Source: Clostridia bacterium (GTDB lineage Bacteria; Bacillota; Clostridia; TANB77; CAG-508). From it: DNA of 64,000 nt. Both the position numbers and the translations under genes were made by a program. The DNA is taken from assembly GCA_017939755.1 (NCBI GenBank), contig JAGBAJ010000042.1, positions 31,563 to 95,562 of the forward strand, read 5' to 3'. Shown here in pieces: positions 8,756 to 19,375 of this stretch (positions are counted from its first letter, which is position 1; every line of letters starts with the position of its first letter). The notes beneath the pieces were generated by a model, which was given only the letters and a program-made list of their open reading frames with translations, made no database searches and was not told the DNA's origin.

Positions 8756-9860
8756 TTACTTAATTAACCATTTCAAATAGCTTATCATAAAGTCATTTAA
8801 ATCTCCATCCATTACACTTTGAACATTTCCTACTTCGTAATTTGTTCTATGGTCTTTTACAAGCGTATATGGGCAAAATACATAAGATCTTATTTGGCTA
8901 CCCCAAGCAATATCTTTTTGCTCTCCTTTTAAGTCATCGATTTTTTCTTTTTGCTCTTGCTCTTTTAATGCAAATAATTTAGACTTTAACATTTTCATTG
9001 CTGTTTCTCTATTTTGTATTTGGGATCTTTCTGTTTGACAAGCAACTACAGTGTTTGTTGGTATGTGTGTTATTCTTACAGCAGATGATGTTTTGTTTAT
9101 ATGTTGTCCACCCGCTCCAGATGCTCTATATGTATCTATTCTTAAGTCATCCGAATTTATTTCTATTTCTATATCTTCGGTTATTTCTGGTAATATTTCT
9201 ACAGAAGCAAATGAAGTATGTCTTCTCCCTCCTGCATCGAAAGGTGATATTCTAACTAGTCTATGAACGCCTTTTTCGGATTTCATGTATCCATATGCAA
9301 AATCACCATTTATTTCGAAAGTAACACTTTTTAGTCCCGCTTCATCCCCATCAAGGTAATCTAATTCCTTTATAGTATATCCGTTACTATTAGCCCATCT
9401 AGTATACATTCTATATAACATTTCTGCCCAGTCTTGAGATTCTGTTCCGCCTGCTCCAGGATGAATTGTAACAATTGCATTGTTTAAATCATACTTATCT
9501 GATAATAGTGTTGTAATTTCTAGATTATCAATTTCTTTTGAAATAGAAGCGGTACTTTTTACAAGCTCATTTGCAAGATTTTCGTCCATCTCAAGTAGTA
9601 ATAACTCATTTAGCTCCATTAAGTTGCTTAAATTGGATTCTAGTTTGTTATATGAATCTTTTCTGTTTTTTAGGATTTTAATTTGCTGTAATACTTTACC
9701 CGAAGTTTTATTATCATTCCAAAAATCAGGGTTAGTCGTTTGATTTTCTAAATCTGCTAAATCCGTTTCTAATTTAGCAAGGTCAAAGGGACTCACCTAT
9801 ACTTTCCAATTTAGATTTATACGATTGTAGTAGTCTACTATTTTCATCTAATTCAATCAT
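8756..9860 (-). CDS. prfB: Peptide chain release factor 2, with a programmed +1 ribosomal frameshift
   Basis: 'SPF' tripeptide motif and 'GGQHINKTSSAVRITH' (GGQ). Frame 0 starts at ATG 9860..9858 and runs 25 codons to an in-frame UGA; the long ORF continues in the +1 frame. Confidence 0.9.
9783..9800 (-). promoter_or_regulatory. prfB: prfB programmed +1 frameshift site (SD-like AGGUGAG, then CUU UGA C)
   Basis: Minus-strand sequence reads 'agtataGGTGAGtccCTTTGACc'. A 25-codon leader ends in UGA followed by C, preceded by an internal Shine-Dalgarno-like element, as in E. coli and B. subtilis prfB. Confidence 0.8.
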
Positions 9861-9922
9861 GTATTGCACTTCCTTTCTAATTTGCTCTCCAAAAATTCTT
9901 TTAGTTTTTAGATAATTGTCCT

Positions 9923-10399
9923 TTATTTTTTTCTAAAAAAAAATATAATTTTATTCCAAACTTTTCTAAGAAAATTACCTTGATATTTAATTAGCTTGTT
10001 ATCTTTATTTGCAGTATTATTTATGTCATCATCTATATTTTGATTGGACAATGATATGTTTTTTTTATCAAATACATCTACACTATATTTCATACTCTTT
10101 TTATAATCTCTACGTAGGTTTTCTTTTTCTTGAAGTTTAATTATACCTGCTCTCTGCTCTGGAGTTGATAAATAATCCATCAAAAAACTAAATAAAATAG
10201 CTTTTGTTTCTGGAAGTAATGAAGCCTTTAAATTCTCAAAATCATTTGAATAACAAAATGTATGATTTACATTTCTCTGCTCTTCAATCATATTAAGAAC
10301 ATCTTTTGGAATCTTTAAATATACATCCCTTTCGGTATTATTTATTATAACATACACCTCTTGAAATGCATTTCTGTATATTTCTGTCACAAGCATCAA
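9923..10399 (-). CDS. Hypothetical protein (158 aa), translationally coupled to the upstream ORF (ATGA overlap)
   Basis: ORF only; lysine-rich C-terminus; no recognisable motifs. Confidence 0.4.
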   Translation of the reverse strand: MMLVTEIYRNAFQEVYVIINNTERDVYLKIPKDVLNMIEEQRNVNHTFCYSNDFENLKASLLPETKAILFSFLMDYLSTPEQRAGIIKLQEKENLRRDYKKSMKYSVDVFDKKNISLSNQNIDDDINNTANKDNKLIKYQGNFLRKVWNKIIFFFRKK

Positions 10400-11349
10400 C
10401 TCCTATCCTCTTGCTCAACTTCTCTATTTCCATTTCTATTTAATTCCTGATTTATAATTTCATTTGCTTTGTCAACCTCGTCTTTTGCAACTACACCTGT
10501 TAAATTTGCAATATCACGAGTTGTCATTTTACTATGTTCCTCATCTATTTTTATACCTCTGTTATCTATCTGAGGCATATGTATAACCTCTCTGGAATTA
10601 TTAAAAATTGTAGCATTCGGAAATAGTTTTGATAATTTATTTATATATTCTTCGTCATACTCTCTTCTTCCTGTGCATATTCCATTTACAAGACTAGAAG
10701 GTATTCCTCCTGGAATTGCGGACCAATTACAATATGGTGGTTTATTATTTATATGGAAATCTTTTCCATTAGGTGAATCTGGTTCAATTAAATGATCAAA
10801 AATTGCAATTTCTTCGGTTGTATATTCATCTTTTAATGTTTCCGGACTTTCTGCCTTTTTCTTTTCATATTCAAAATAATCCATATGTATTAAGTGCTCT
10901 ACCGCAGGATTAGTTTCATCAAAAAACAAAAGAACAGATCCATTATCCCCTCTTAATCTTCCTCTATTTCGATGCTCGCTAAACATTATTGGGTATTTGT
11001 CTTGTTCTTCAGTGTTCATTCTTGAAAGAAACGCACAAAAAGCTCCTTCCATTTCACTTTCTCTTATTCCAAACCATTCACTTGCTAAAATTCCTTCTTT
11101 TGCTATACATTCTAATAATTCAATGTTGTTTGTACACTTATGATTCAACATTCCACCTTTAATTTCGACTAAGCCATCTTTTAAACTCATTGGTTTTACT
11201 GGTACTTTGTTTGCTTCTTTCTTAAATTTACTATACATTTCTTCTATAGCATATATTAATTTTTGTTGCTCTTCACTTTCCTCTTTCCAATGCTCGGATA
11301 AAGACTTTAATTCGCCCTCTTCTTCTATATTTCCGCCTTCTATTCGCAT
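10396..11349 (-). CDS. Hypothetical protein (317 aa), acidic N-terminus
   Basis: ORF with no recognisable catalytic motifs. Its stop overlaps the start of the 158-aa ORF. Confidence 0.45.
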   Translation of the reverse strand: MRIEGGNIEEEGELKSLSEHWKEESEEQQKLIYAIEEMYSKFKKEANKVPVKPMSLKDGLVEIKGGMLNHKCTNNIELLECIAKEGILASEWFGIRESEMEGAFCAFLSRMNTEEQDKYPIMFSEHRNRGRLRGDNGSVLLFFDETNPAVEHLIHMDYFEYEKKKAESPETLKDEYTTEEIAIFDHLIEPDSPNGKDFHINNKPPYCNWSAIPGGIPSSLVNGICTGRREYDEEYINKLSKLFPNATIFNNSREVIHMPQIDNRGIKIDEEHSKMTTRDIANLTGVVAKDEVDKANEIINQELNRNGNREVEQEDRS

Positions 11350-11483
11350 CTCTATTTTACCTCCATACCCAAGTCTACATGTTATATTTTAATTATAGCA
11401 TTCTGTATTTTTCATTGCAATATTTTTCTTAATTACAAACTGCCTTCCTTACACATTGTACCTATTTTAACCCATATTGATTA

Positions 11484-12080
11484 CTATGTTTTATCATAGT
11501 AATTATAACATCTAACCGAATCTAAATGAATTACCTTGTTATTTTCCAATAAATGGTTTATAACCCATTTTGAAACTTCACACATGCCTTTGTCTATATT
11601 TTCTTTTACAATGTCAACATAATAATCTATAGAATTATATTTTCTTCCAGGGTCTGTTGCATCTGCCAAATAAATAATTTTTTCTAACAAACTCATGTTT
11701 GGTCTGCCTGTTGTATGAAATCTTATGGCATTAATCATGTCTTCTGTAAAAGCATATTTATCTTTACAAATATATGCTCCTATTTTGGCATGGAGTAAGT
11801 TATGATTTACCGCTTCTACTTCATCTAATACTATATTGTATTTATTTATATATTCTTTTTCTTGATCTTCCGTCAATTCTTTTGCAATATCATGTGCTAT
11901 AGCAACTAATTTTACAACCTCGCTATCAACCCCATATATCTGCGCATACTCAAGAGCTCTTTGGACAACCCCTTCAGAATGCTTAAATCTTTTTTCAGAT
12001 AATATATTTTTTACATCATTATATAAAGTTTTATATTCAACCAAAATAACCTTCCTTTCTGTAAATGATGTTCTTCTCAT
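11484..12080 (-). CDS. yqeK: HD-domain hydrolase, YqeK-like bis(5'-nucleosyl)-tetraphosphatase
   Basis: 'HSEGVVQRALEYA', 'VAIAHDIAKE', 'HAKIGAYI' and 'YLADATDP' are HD-superfamily metal-binding motifs in the YqeK arrangement. Confidence 0.7.
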   Translation of the reverse strand: MRRTSFTERKVILVEYKTLYNDVKNILSEKRFKHSEGVVQRALEYAQIYGVDSEVVKLVAIAHDIAKELTEDQEKEYINKYNIVLDEVEAVNHNLLHAKIGAYICKDKYAFTEDMINAIRFHTTGRPNMSLLEKIIYLADATDPGRKYNSIDYYVDIVKENIDKGMCEVSKWVINHLLENNKVIHLDSVRCYNYYDKT

Positions 12081-12095
12081 TTACACATTAACATT

Positions 12096-13301
12096 TTACT
12101 TTTTATCTCTATCAACACTAATTTTACCATATACTCCTCCACCGCCAACTTGAATGTTTACATTACCAGTACATGCATCTTTAATAATATTTGCTATTTT
12201 CTTTCCAACAACCTTTTCTATATCTTCTCTTGATGAATTGTGTAGAATGTTCATTTCAGTATTGAATTTATCTAATAGCTTATTTATTGTTTTAGTTCCC
12301 ACTCCTGGTATAAATGTCAACGGAATTTGATATATATATGGTGGTCTAAAATTTGGACTTGTGGTTTCTTTTTTATCCTTTATTAGCTCTATCCTATCAA
12401 AAACTCCTATTGTAATATTAGAGCTATCACAATCTGGGCAATATAGTACAGGAGCTTTGCCTTCAACCCTTTTACCACACTTTTCACAGAAAGTTCTATG
12501 ATACTTTCCCAGTTTTGGATCCAATCCGTAATTTGCTAGAATCTTTCTTCCACCTTCATTTTTTAGAGCCATAACTAATTCTTTAAAACTTATATCTTCT
12601 AATAAAAACTTATTATATTCTCTAGCAATTTTAGGCAAAGAGTGTGCATCCGAATTCGTTATAAAAGTTTTGTTTTCTAGCTCTGAAATTTTATCTGCTA
12701 AGAAACTATCAGAGCTCAGCCCTAATTCTATTGATGGAATTTTATTAAACTTTTCCTTAAATATTTTAGATAATCGATCTGTGCAATTTCCATAGAATCC
12801 TTTATGAGGTGTAAAGACATGTGCAGGAATTAAAATTCCATTGTATCGCTCTACTATATCAATCAATTCATATGCTGAAATATCTGCTCTTTGTGAACTT
12901 AATGTTATATTTTTTATATGATTACTCATTTCTTTAGAAAAGTTTTTTATATCCTTTATAGTTGGAAAATAACATAAATTATGCGCACTTGCTGTTTTTC
13001 CTTGTTCGTTTACTTCAGATGTTTCTATTTCACTTCCTAAAATAATACATACTTTATTTTTGTATATAATTCCACCATCAGCAATTTCATGTGCACTTCC
13101 TGATGATAAAAAATTCTCTATATCTTGTATTACATAAGGCGATGCACAATCTATTATTCCAACAACATCAATTCCCTTTCTATCAGCACACTCATTTGCT
13201 ATATTAGCAAAATTAAGTGATTTGGCAGCTGTTATTTTTATAGGTTTTCCATTTTCAGATCTTCCTATATGTATATGTAAATCGGCAAAAATTTCTTTCA
13301 T
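12096..13301 (-). CDS. PHP-domain protein of the TIGR00375 / endonuclease Q-like family
   Basis: N-terminal 'ADLHIHIGRS' PHP motif; C-terminal zinc ribbon 'CEKCGKRVEGKAPVLYCPDCDSS' and HhH-like 'IPGVGTKTINKLLDKF'. Confidence 0.6.
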   Translation of the reverse strand: MKEIFADLHIHIGRSENGKPIKITAAKSLNFANIANECADRKGIDVVGIIDCASPYVIQDIENFLSSGSAHEIADGGIIYKNKVCIILGSEIETSEVNEQGKTASAHNLCYFPTIKDIKNFSKEMSNHIKNITLSSQRADISAYELIDIVERYNGILIPAHVFTPHKGFYGNCTDRLSKIFKEKFNKIPSIELGLSSDSFLADKISELENKTFITNSDAHSLPKIAREYNKFLLEDISFKELVMALKNEGGRKILANYGLDPKLGKYHRTFCEKCGKRVEGKAPVLYCPDCDSSNITIGVFDRIELIKDKKETTSPNFRPPYIYQIPLTFIPGVGTKTINKLLDKFNTEMNILHNSSREDIEKVVGKKIANIIKDACTGNVNIQVGGGGVYGKISVDRDKK

Positions 13302-13506
13302 ATTAAAATTTCATCCCTTTCTCTATCCGCTCAGAAGGCTCACATAGTTTGTGTATATCATAATATTTAGTATTTTTCAACTCTTTCGGAGAGAGTAGCA
13401 ATCTCTGACAATTAGCAATCAAAATGTCGTTCCTTGTAATTTGGGAGTAAATTTAAAAATAGAGCAACAGAAGCGGAAGATAATCTTCCACTTCTGTTAA
13501 ATTGTA

Positions 13507-14712
13507 CTAATCCTCAATCCATTCAATTTCGTCAAAGTCAAGCTCTCTACCGATAAGAACAACGGGTTTCTGGTAACCTCCTTTGTATTCGTTTATAGGA
13601 ACAATTGTGGCTGCTCTAGCAACAAAGGCTTTACTCAGTTCATCGTTTGTCAATCTTATTCTGGGCTTGATTTTCTTAGAAAGCTTTTGTTTTGTTTCAT
13701 CAAACTCTGCATCATCAATAACGTACACATTATTAGCATATTTTAGCTTAATAGAAACAAGTTTACTACATGGAAAATGGGAAACCAATTCTGAAATAAT
13801 ATGACATGAGATTTTCTGTTTTCCATTTTCATTAGTGATACGCTGATTTGTATCACACCAACAGAATTCATCTCTTGCGACCTTCGATAAATTGGTTTTG
13901 GCTCTCACCCATAGTGGTACTAATCTTGGAAATGACCCGAAACTTGCATACCTATCTTCAGGAGGCAATTGCTCAGGGTTTTCAATTCCTTTTCTAATTC
14001 GATCAAGATCTGAACTGGGACAAATACTAAAGATTCGCTCCCATGGTCCATTATATGGTACAAGCTTTTCATGAGTTTCTTCTACCAATGTGGGCTCTGG
14101 ATTATTAAGAATATTATCCAAAACATTTGCTTTTAGCCAGCCTATAATTCTCTCAAACGTTTCATCAAGGCTGATGCTCTGCGGTTCATTGTCCATAGCT
14201 GCGTATTCGCGATCACAATCTGTAGTGTTAATCAGCATTGAGGATCTTACACCATTTTCACCAGTGTGATTGCCCAAATACAGTAAATACCTGCGGGGCT
14301 CTTTGTTAAGCTTGGCGTGAATTTTAATAGAATTCATAAACCAATTCTTATCCTCTTGCCACTTATCACCCACATACAAATAATACTTTGGCCCAGATTC
14401 ATCTTCGAATACTTCGAGGCATTCGTGAGAAATATGTACGCTGCAAAGAGCTGCAGTATCACTCCACCTTGAATCAAGCATTCCCTGTTTACGACTAAAT
14501 GTTAGTTTGAAATCTTGCCCTCTAATGTACCGAACCTTTTTGTATTTTGCTTCGCCAGATCCATATGAGTCGAATTCAACAACGATTCCAGGAACCCTCC
14601 AATTTCGTTTTTCCAGCTCTGTAATAATGTCACTTGCTATGCTGTCAAATGGAAACTGTCTAGAGTGTGGATACAAGAATTTTGGTTTTACATCAAAAAT
14701 AGACATGAACAT
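13507..14712 (-). CDS. Hypothetical protein (401 aa) in a GC-elevated island
   Basis: AGGAGG RBS; GC ~42% versus ~27% background; no motif I can assign. Downstream hairpin terminator at ~13455-13495. Confidence 0.5.
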   Translation of the reverse strand: MFMSIFDVKPKFLYPHSRQFPFDSIASDIITELEKRNWRVPGIVVEFDSYGSGEAKYKKVRYIRGQDFKLTFSRKQGMLDSRWSDTAALCSVHISHECLEVFEDESGPKYYLYVGDKWQEDKNWFMNSIKIHAKLNKEPRRYLLYLGNHTGENGVRSSMLINTTDCDREYAAMDNEPQSISLDETFERIIGWLKANVLDNILNNPEPTLVEETHEKLVPYNGPWERIFSICPSSDLDRIRKGIENPEQLPPEDRYASFGSFPRLVPLWVRAKTNLSKVARDEFCWCDTNQRITNENGKQKISCHIISELVSHFPCSKLVSIKLKYANNVYVIDDAEFDETKQKLSKKIKPRIRLTNDELSKAFVARAATIVPINEYKGGYQKPVVLIGRELDFDEIEWIED

Positions 14713-14774
14713 TCCTCCTATAAGTTATCTGGATGGAATTGCACTCCATCTAGATAGTCGAAAGCTATGGTTGT

Positions 14775-14882
14775 CTACAGCTGCTGTGTTAGAATGGTTG
14801 AACCTTTTGATAAGACCTTCAAAAGCTTGATATTAAGCTTCGCAAGATCCAGCTGGATAATGTTCTTCTCGTTTGTTTTCAT
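14775..14882 (-). CDS. Putative small protein (35 aa: MKTNEKNIIQLDLAKLNIKLLKVLSKGSTILTQQL), immediately upstream of and co-oriented with the 401-aa ORF
   Basis: Strong RBS 'aggaggaaaaaaATG'; same elevated GC as the downstream gene; the ~60-nt gap to the next start suggests an operon. Confidence 0.3.
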   Translation of the reverse strand: MKTNEKNIIQLDLAKLNIKLLKVLSKGSTILTQQL

Positions 14883-15043
14883 TTTTTTCCTCCTAAGTCT
14901 AGGGTATTTAAACGGATTCGTGCTAATGTCTGACCGTAAAATATTTATATTATAATTATTTTCCACTAGCACATAATATACTTAAATTACTGACACATGC
15001 CTAGTAATTATGGGTTTTATTGTAACATGGATTTATGTAAATG

Positions 15044-16464
15044 TCAAACTTCTTGTACTAATGCCTTCAGAAATTTCCATATTCTTTGCAATGATTCTAT
15101 TTCTACTCTTTCGTCTGGACTATGGGCATCAAAAATATTTGCTCCTATGCAAATGTACTCTAAATTATCTATTCTATCTTTAAAAAATCCTCCTTCAAGT
15201 ACTCCCTGTGTTATTAATTTTTCCATATCTTTTCCAAATAATTTTTTATATAAATTGGCTGTTTTATTTACTAAATTGCTTTTATAATCTGGCTCAAGTC
15301 CTTTTAGTTCTTGATTCCATATTATTTCTATATCATTTCTTCTTAGGTTATTATCTAGTTGGTTCAAATATTGTGCTCTAAGTTTCATGCAATTACTTCG
15401 TAAAGAATATTCTAATCTAATATAATCATCTTTTTCATTTATTGCCCCAAAATTGGCTGATAATATTTGATTTCCATTTTCATCGAAACTAATTGCACCA
15501 TTATTAAATGAATTAATAAAATTTATTATTCTCAATGATGTTTCTTTTGAAGTAACTTCTTCTTTATTTTTGATTTCTAAAAATTCAATTTTTACCTCTT
15601 CTCCATAAAATTCCTTTTGCTTTTTAATTTCCAGATTTACAAATTCTTTTATATCTTTATTACACGCAAATTCTACTTCAAAATTTCTTGGTATAACATT
15701 TACTAAACTTCCACCTTTAATACTACTTATATATACCTCACCTATTTTAGCTAAAATTTCTATTCCAAGTTTTATAGGATTTCCTCTTTTTTTATCTGCA
15801 ATACATCCTCCTGAATGGCCGCCTTTAAAATTGCTATATGATAGTTTGTAAAACTTCATATTACTTACTTTCATGTACTCCTTTTTTACTTTTGCAAACC
15901 ACTCCATACAATTTGCAGAGCTAATTACCATCTTATTTTCATTTCCATTATCTAGTGAAATAATTTTTCTTGACTTTATTTGCTCTATATCTATATATTT
16001 GGCACCATCCATCGTAGTCTCTTCTTGCACTGTAAATATACATTCAAGTTTTGGTGTTTTCAGTTCATTCGAATCTAAAATAGCTAGTATAAATGCAACA
16101 CCAACTCCATTGTCTGCTCCTAAAGTAGTTCCATTAGCTTTAATAAATTTTCCATCTTTTACCAATTCTAAAGCATCTTTCTCAAAATTATGATTGCTCC
16201 ATTCTTCTTTTTCACAAATCATATCTGTATGTGCTTGAAGACCCAACCATTCATAGTCTTCAAACCCTTTGTCCGCATTTTTTCTGATTATTACATTAAA
16301 ATATTTATCTGTATAGTATTCTAAATTTCTAGCTTTAGCAAATTCTAATAAGTAGTCCCTAATTTTTTGTTCATTTCTAGATTTTCTAGGAATTTCACTT
16401 ATTTCCTTAAAAAACTTTAGCATTTCTTTTGGCTCTTCTTTATTTATGTCTAATTTTTCCATAT
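15044..16464 (-). CDS. pepD: Aminoacyl-histidine (Xaa-His) dipeptidase, M20 family
   Basis: 'LQAHTDMICEKE', 'GTTLGADNGVGVAFILAIL' and 'HSGG' M20 metal-binding motifs. Start placed at MEKLD, which has a GGAG RBS. Confidence 0.85.
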
Positions 16465-16521
16465 ATATCATCTCCAATATAACTACCATTCCTCCATGGC
16501 ACAAATCAATTATCTTTCACA

Positions 16522-17280
16522 CTAAATATATCTTTTTAAAAATTCCTTTGTCCTTTGCTCTTTTGGGTTTCTTATAATATCTTCTGGCTTCCCTTCCTCT
16601 ACAATTTTTCCATCAGCAATAAATATTGCACTATCAGCTACCTCTTCTGCAAATTTTATTTCGTGAGTAACAATTACCATTGTTTTTCTTTCGCTTGCTA
16701 ATTGTTTTATAGCTTTTAGAACTTCTCCTACCAGCTCTGGATCTAAACTACTTGTAGGTTCATCCATACATATAATCCTGGGATTTATTGCTAAACTTCT
16801 AGCAATACCTGCTCTTTGCTTTTGTCCACCTGATAATTCACATGGATAACTATCAATTTTATCTATTAATCCCATCTTTTCTAATGCTTTTTTTGCTATT
16901 TCTTCTGATTCTTCTTTGCCCTTTTTTAGTACATACTTAAGAGGTTTTATAATATTCTCTTTTATTGTTAAATGTGGAAATAAATTAAAGTCTTGAAATA
17001 CCATTCCTATTTCTAGATTTATTTTGTTTAAAATTTCCTTATTATTATAAATTGGTTTTGAATTTTTGTATTCTTTAATCATGCTACTGCCATTTACAAT
17101 AATATTTCCACCATCTACTTTTTCTAAATTGTTAATACATCTTAGTATTGTTGATTTTCCAGTGCCTGATGGTCCTAAAATTACTAGTGTTTCTCCTTCT
17201 TTAACTTCAAAGGAAATGTCTTTAATTATTTCTGTACCATTAAATTCTTTCTTTAAATTTTGAACTTCTAATACATTCAT
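16522..17280 (-). CDS. Amino-acid ABC transporter ATP-binding protein
   Basis: Walker A 'GPSGTGKST', ABC signature 'LSGGQKQR', Walker B 'ICMDEPTSSLD', H-loop 'VTHE'. Confidence 0.9.
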   Translation of the reverse strand: MNVLEVQNLKKEFNGTEIIKDISFEVKEGETLVILGPSGTGKSTILRCINNLEKVDGGNIIVNGSSMIKEYKNSKPIYNNKEILNKINLEIGMVFQDFNLFPHLTIKENIIKPLKYVLKKGKEESEEIAKKALEKMGLIDKIDSYPCELSGGQKQRAGIARSLAINPRIICMDEPTSSLDPELVGEVLKAIKQLASERKTMVIVTHEIKFAEEVADSAIFIADGKIVEEGKPEDIIRNPKEQRTKEFLKRYI

Positions 17281-17293
17281 ATGATTTCCTCCT

Positions 17294-17944
17294 TTAACTA
17301 TAATACTCTAATTTCTTCTCTGCTTTATTAAATAAAATAGATATTATGAACACTAAAACTAGGTAATATCCACCAGCAATCAGAAGCGGAACTATAGAAA
17401 AATTGTAGCTTGATTGTTTTTGTGCGAAACTAAACATTTCTGCAACACCTATAATTTGAGCAAGTGATGTAGTCTTTATAAGTGAAATCACTTCATTTGA
17501 AATAGCTGGCAAAATTTTCTTTACAACTTGTGGTAAAACTATTAACATAAATATTTGTATTTTATTGAATCCTAAAGTAAACCCAGCCTCCCATTGTCCT
17601 TTTGGAATACTATTTATTCCACTTCTAAATATTTCTGCGAAATATGCTGCATAATTTATTACGAAAGCTATTATTATTGCCACAAATCTGTCATAACTAA
17701 ATTTAAATAAATAGTATGGTGCAAAGTATACAAATATTATTTGCAAAATCATAGGAGTTCCTCTAATTAATAATACATATAACTTCATAATTCCTGAAAT
17801 CAATTTATTTTTTGAATTCTTTAAAACAGCAACTAATATACCTAGAGGTATAGAAAATATTAAGGTAATTATGAATATTTCTATACTTGTTCCTAGTCCT
17901 GAAAATAGTATTTTTGCTATATTTAAAATTTTATCTATATTCAT
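17294..17944 (-). CDS. Amino-acid ABC transporter permease
   Basis: Polytopic membrane protein with the EAA-like motif of polar amino-acid permeases; placed between the SBP and ATPase genes. Confidence 0.85.
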   Translation of the reverse strand: MNIDKILNIAKILFSGLGTSIEIFIITLIFSIPLGILVAVLKNSKNKLISGIMKLYVLLIRGTPMILQIIFVYFAPYYLFKFSYDRFVAIIIAFVINYAAYFAEIFRSGINSIPKGQWEAGFTLGFNKIQIFMLIVLPQVVKKILPAISNEVISLIKTTSLAQIIGVAEMFSFAQKQSSYNFSIVPLLIAGGYYLVLVFIISILFNKAEKKLEYYS

Positions 17945-18074
17945 ATATTTATATTCCTTTCTTGTTTTATTTAAAGATTCACATAGCTAGAACAATAGCA
18001 GGCTGATTATCATCTCAAATTATTTAATAAAGTGCTCAGCCCGCGTATGATTGTTCGTGCGCCAAATTTTCAAA

Positions 18075-18872
18075 CTATTCCCCCTTTAAATAAATCATAT
18101 TTTTTCCAAACCATTTATTTGAAATCACGTCTAATTTACCTTGATCTTTTAATTTATATAAAGCGTCTTGGATTTTGTCTTTTAACTCTGTATTTCCCTT
18201 TTTAAATGCAATTACGCTTCCTGATGATGTAGATATGCCTTCTGATTTTATTGTTATATAATCTTTCTTTTGTGATTTTATTAAGTAGTTTCCAATTGTA
18301 CTTGAACAGCATACTGCATCAATTCTGCCCATGTCTAAATCCATAAATGCTGTTAAGAAATCACTATATTGGACTATTCCTACACCTTTTCCAAAATCAC
18401 TTTTTTCTAAATCTTCTTGTTGAACAGATCCCGTTTGAACTCCGATAGTCTTTCCTTTTAAATCATTTTGTGATTTTATTTTACTTCCATTCTTTAGTAT
18501 AAAATACATTTCACTTTTTATATAAACATCTGATAATGTCATATTGGCATTTCTATCTTCTGTATATGCAAATCCATTCCAAATACAATCAATCTTTCCT
18601 GAATCCAATTCTTGCTCTTTTTCTGCCCACGATATAGGTTGAAACTTAACTTCCATGCCTAGCTCTTCTGCAACAGCTTTTGCCAAATCTATATCAAAGC
18701 CAACAATTTCATTGTTATCATCTCTAAATCCCATTGGAGGAAAACTATCATCTAATCCTATTACTAAAATATTTTCTTTTGATTCTTGTTTTTGGTTAGC
18801 AAAATAAATTATTAAACCTATTATTGCTACTAATGCTATTATTCCTATTATTTTTATTAAATTTTTCTTCAT
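18075..18872 (-). CDS. Amino-acid ABC transporter substrate-binding protein
   Basis: N-terminal TM/signal segment plus a periplasmic-binding-protein type 3 fold ('DIDLAKAVAEELG', 'IDAV'). Confidence 0.85.
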   Translation of the reverse strand: MKKNLIKIIGIIALVAIIGLIIYFANQKQESKENILVIGLDDSFPPMGFRDDNNEIVGFDIDLAKAVAEELGMEVKFQPISWAEKEQELDSGKIDCIWNGFAYTEDRNANMTLSDVYIKSEMYFILKNGSKIKSQNDLKGKTIGVQTGSVQQEDLEKSDFGKGVGIVQYSDFLTAFMDLDMGRIDAVCCSSTIGNYLIKSQKKDYITIKSEGISTSSGSVIAFKKGNTELKDKIQDALYKLKDQGKLDVISNKWFGKNMIYLKGE

Positions 18873-19375
18873 ATTAAATTCATTCCTTTCTTTTTTTGAC
18901 TTTTTAATTATGAAGTCAATTATTTTTAAATCAAAAAAAGATATAACAAAAAAACTATTTATAAGATTTTTATTTTCCTACAAATAGTTTTTAAGTATAT
19001 CTTTTATTTTAAAATATTTTTAAACTATCGTAGGCACAGCATTTTAAGCCTGTACCTACGCTACTTACAGCATATGGTTACAAGCTCCTACGATGATGAT
19101 GTAATTGGTTTAAAAATATTTTTGACTTCATAATTATTCTCCTTTTTTATTTTAAAAGTAAATTTATGGTAGCATGATTATTTTTATTTGTCAAGCTTTT
19201 ATTTTTTCCTGCAGAGCAAAGACGTAAAAAACTCTTGCATATACTAGAAAAAATAGAAAATCATGCTTACCCCTCCTATAATAGGACAAATCGGAAAGCA
19301 AGCATGACTTTCCGAATGTATGAAAAAGGGATTCAGACATACGCCCGAACCCCTCCGTTGCTTTGATAGATAATT

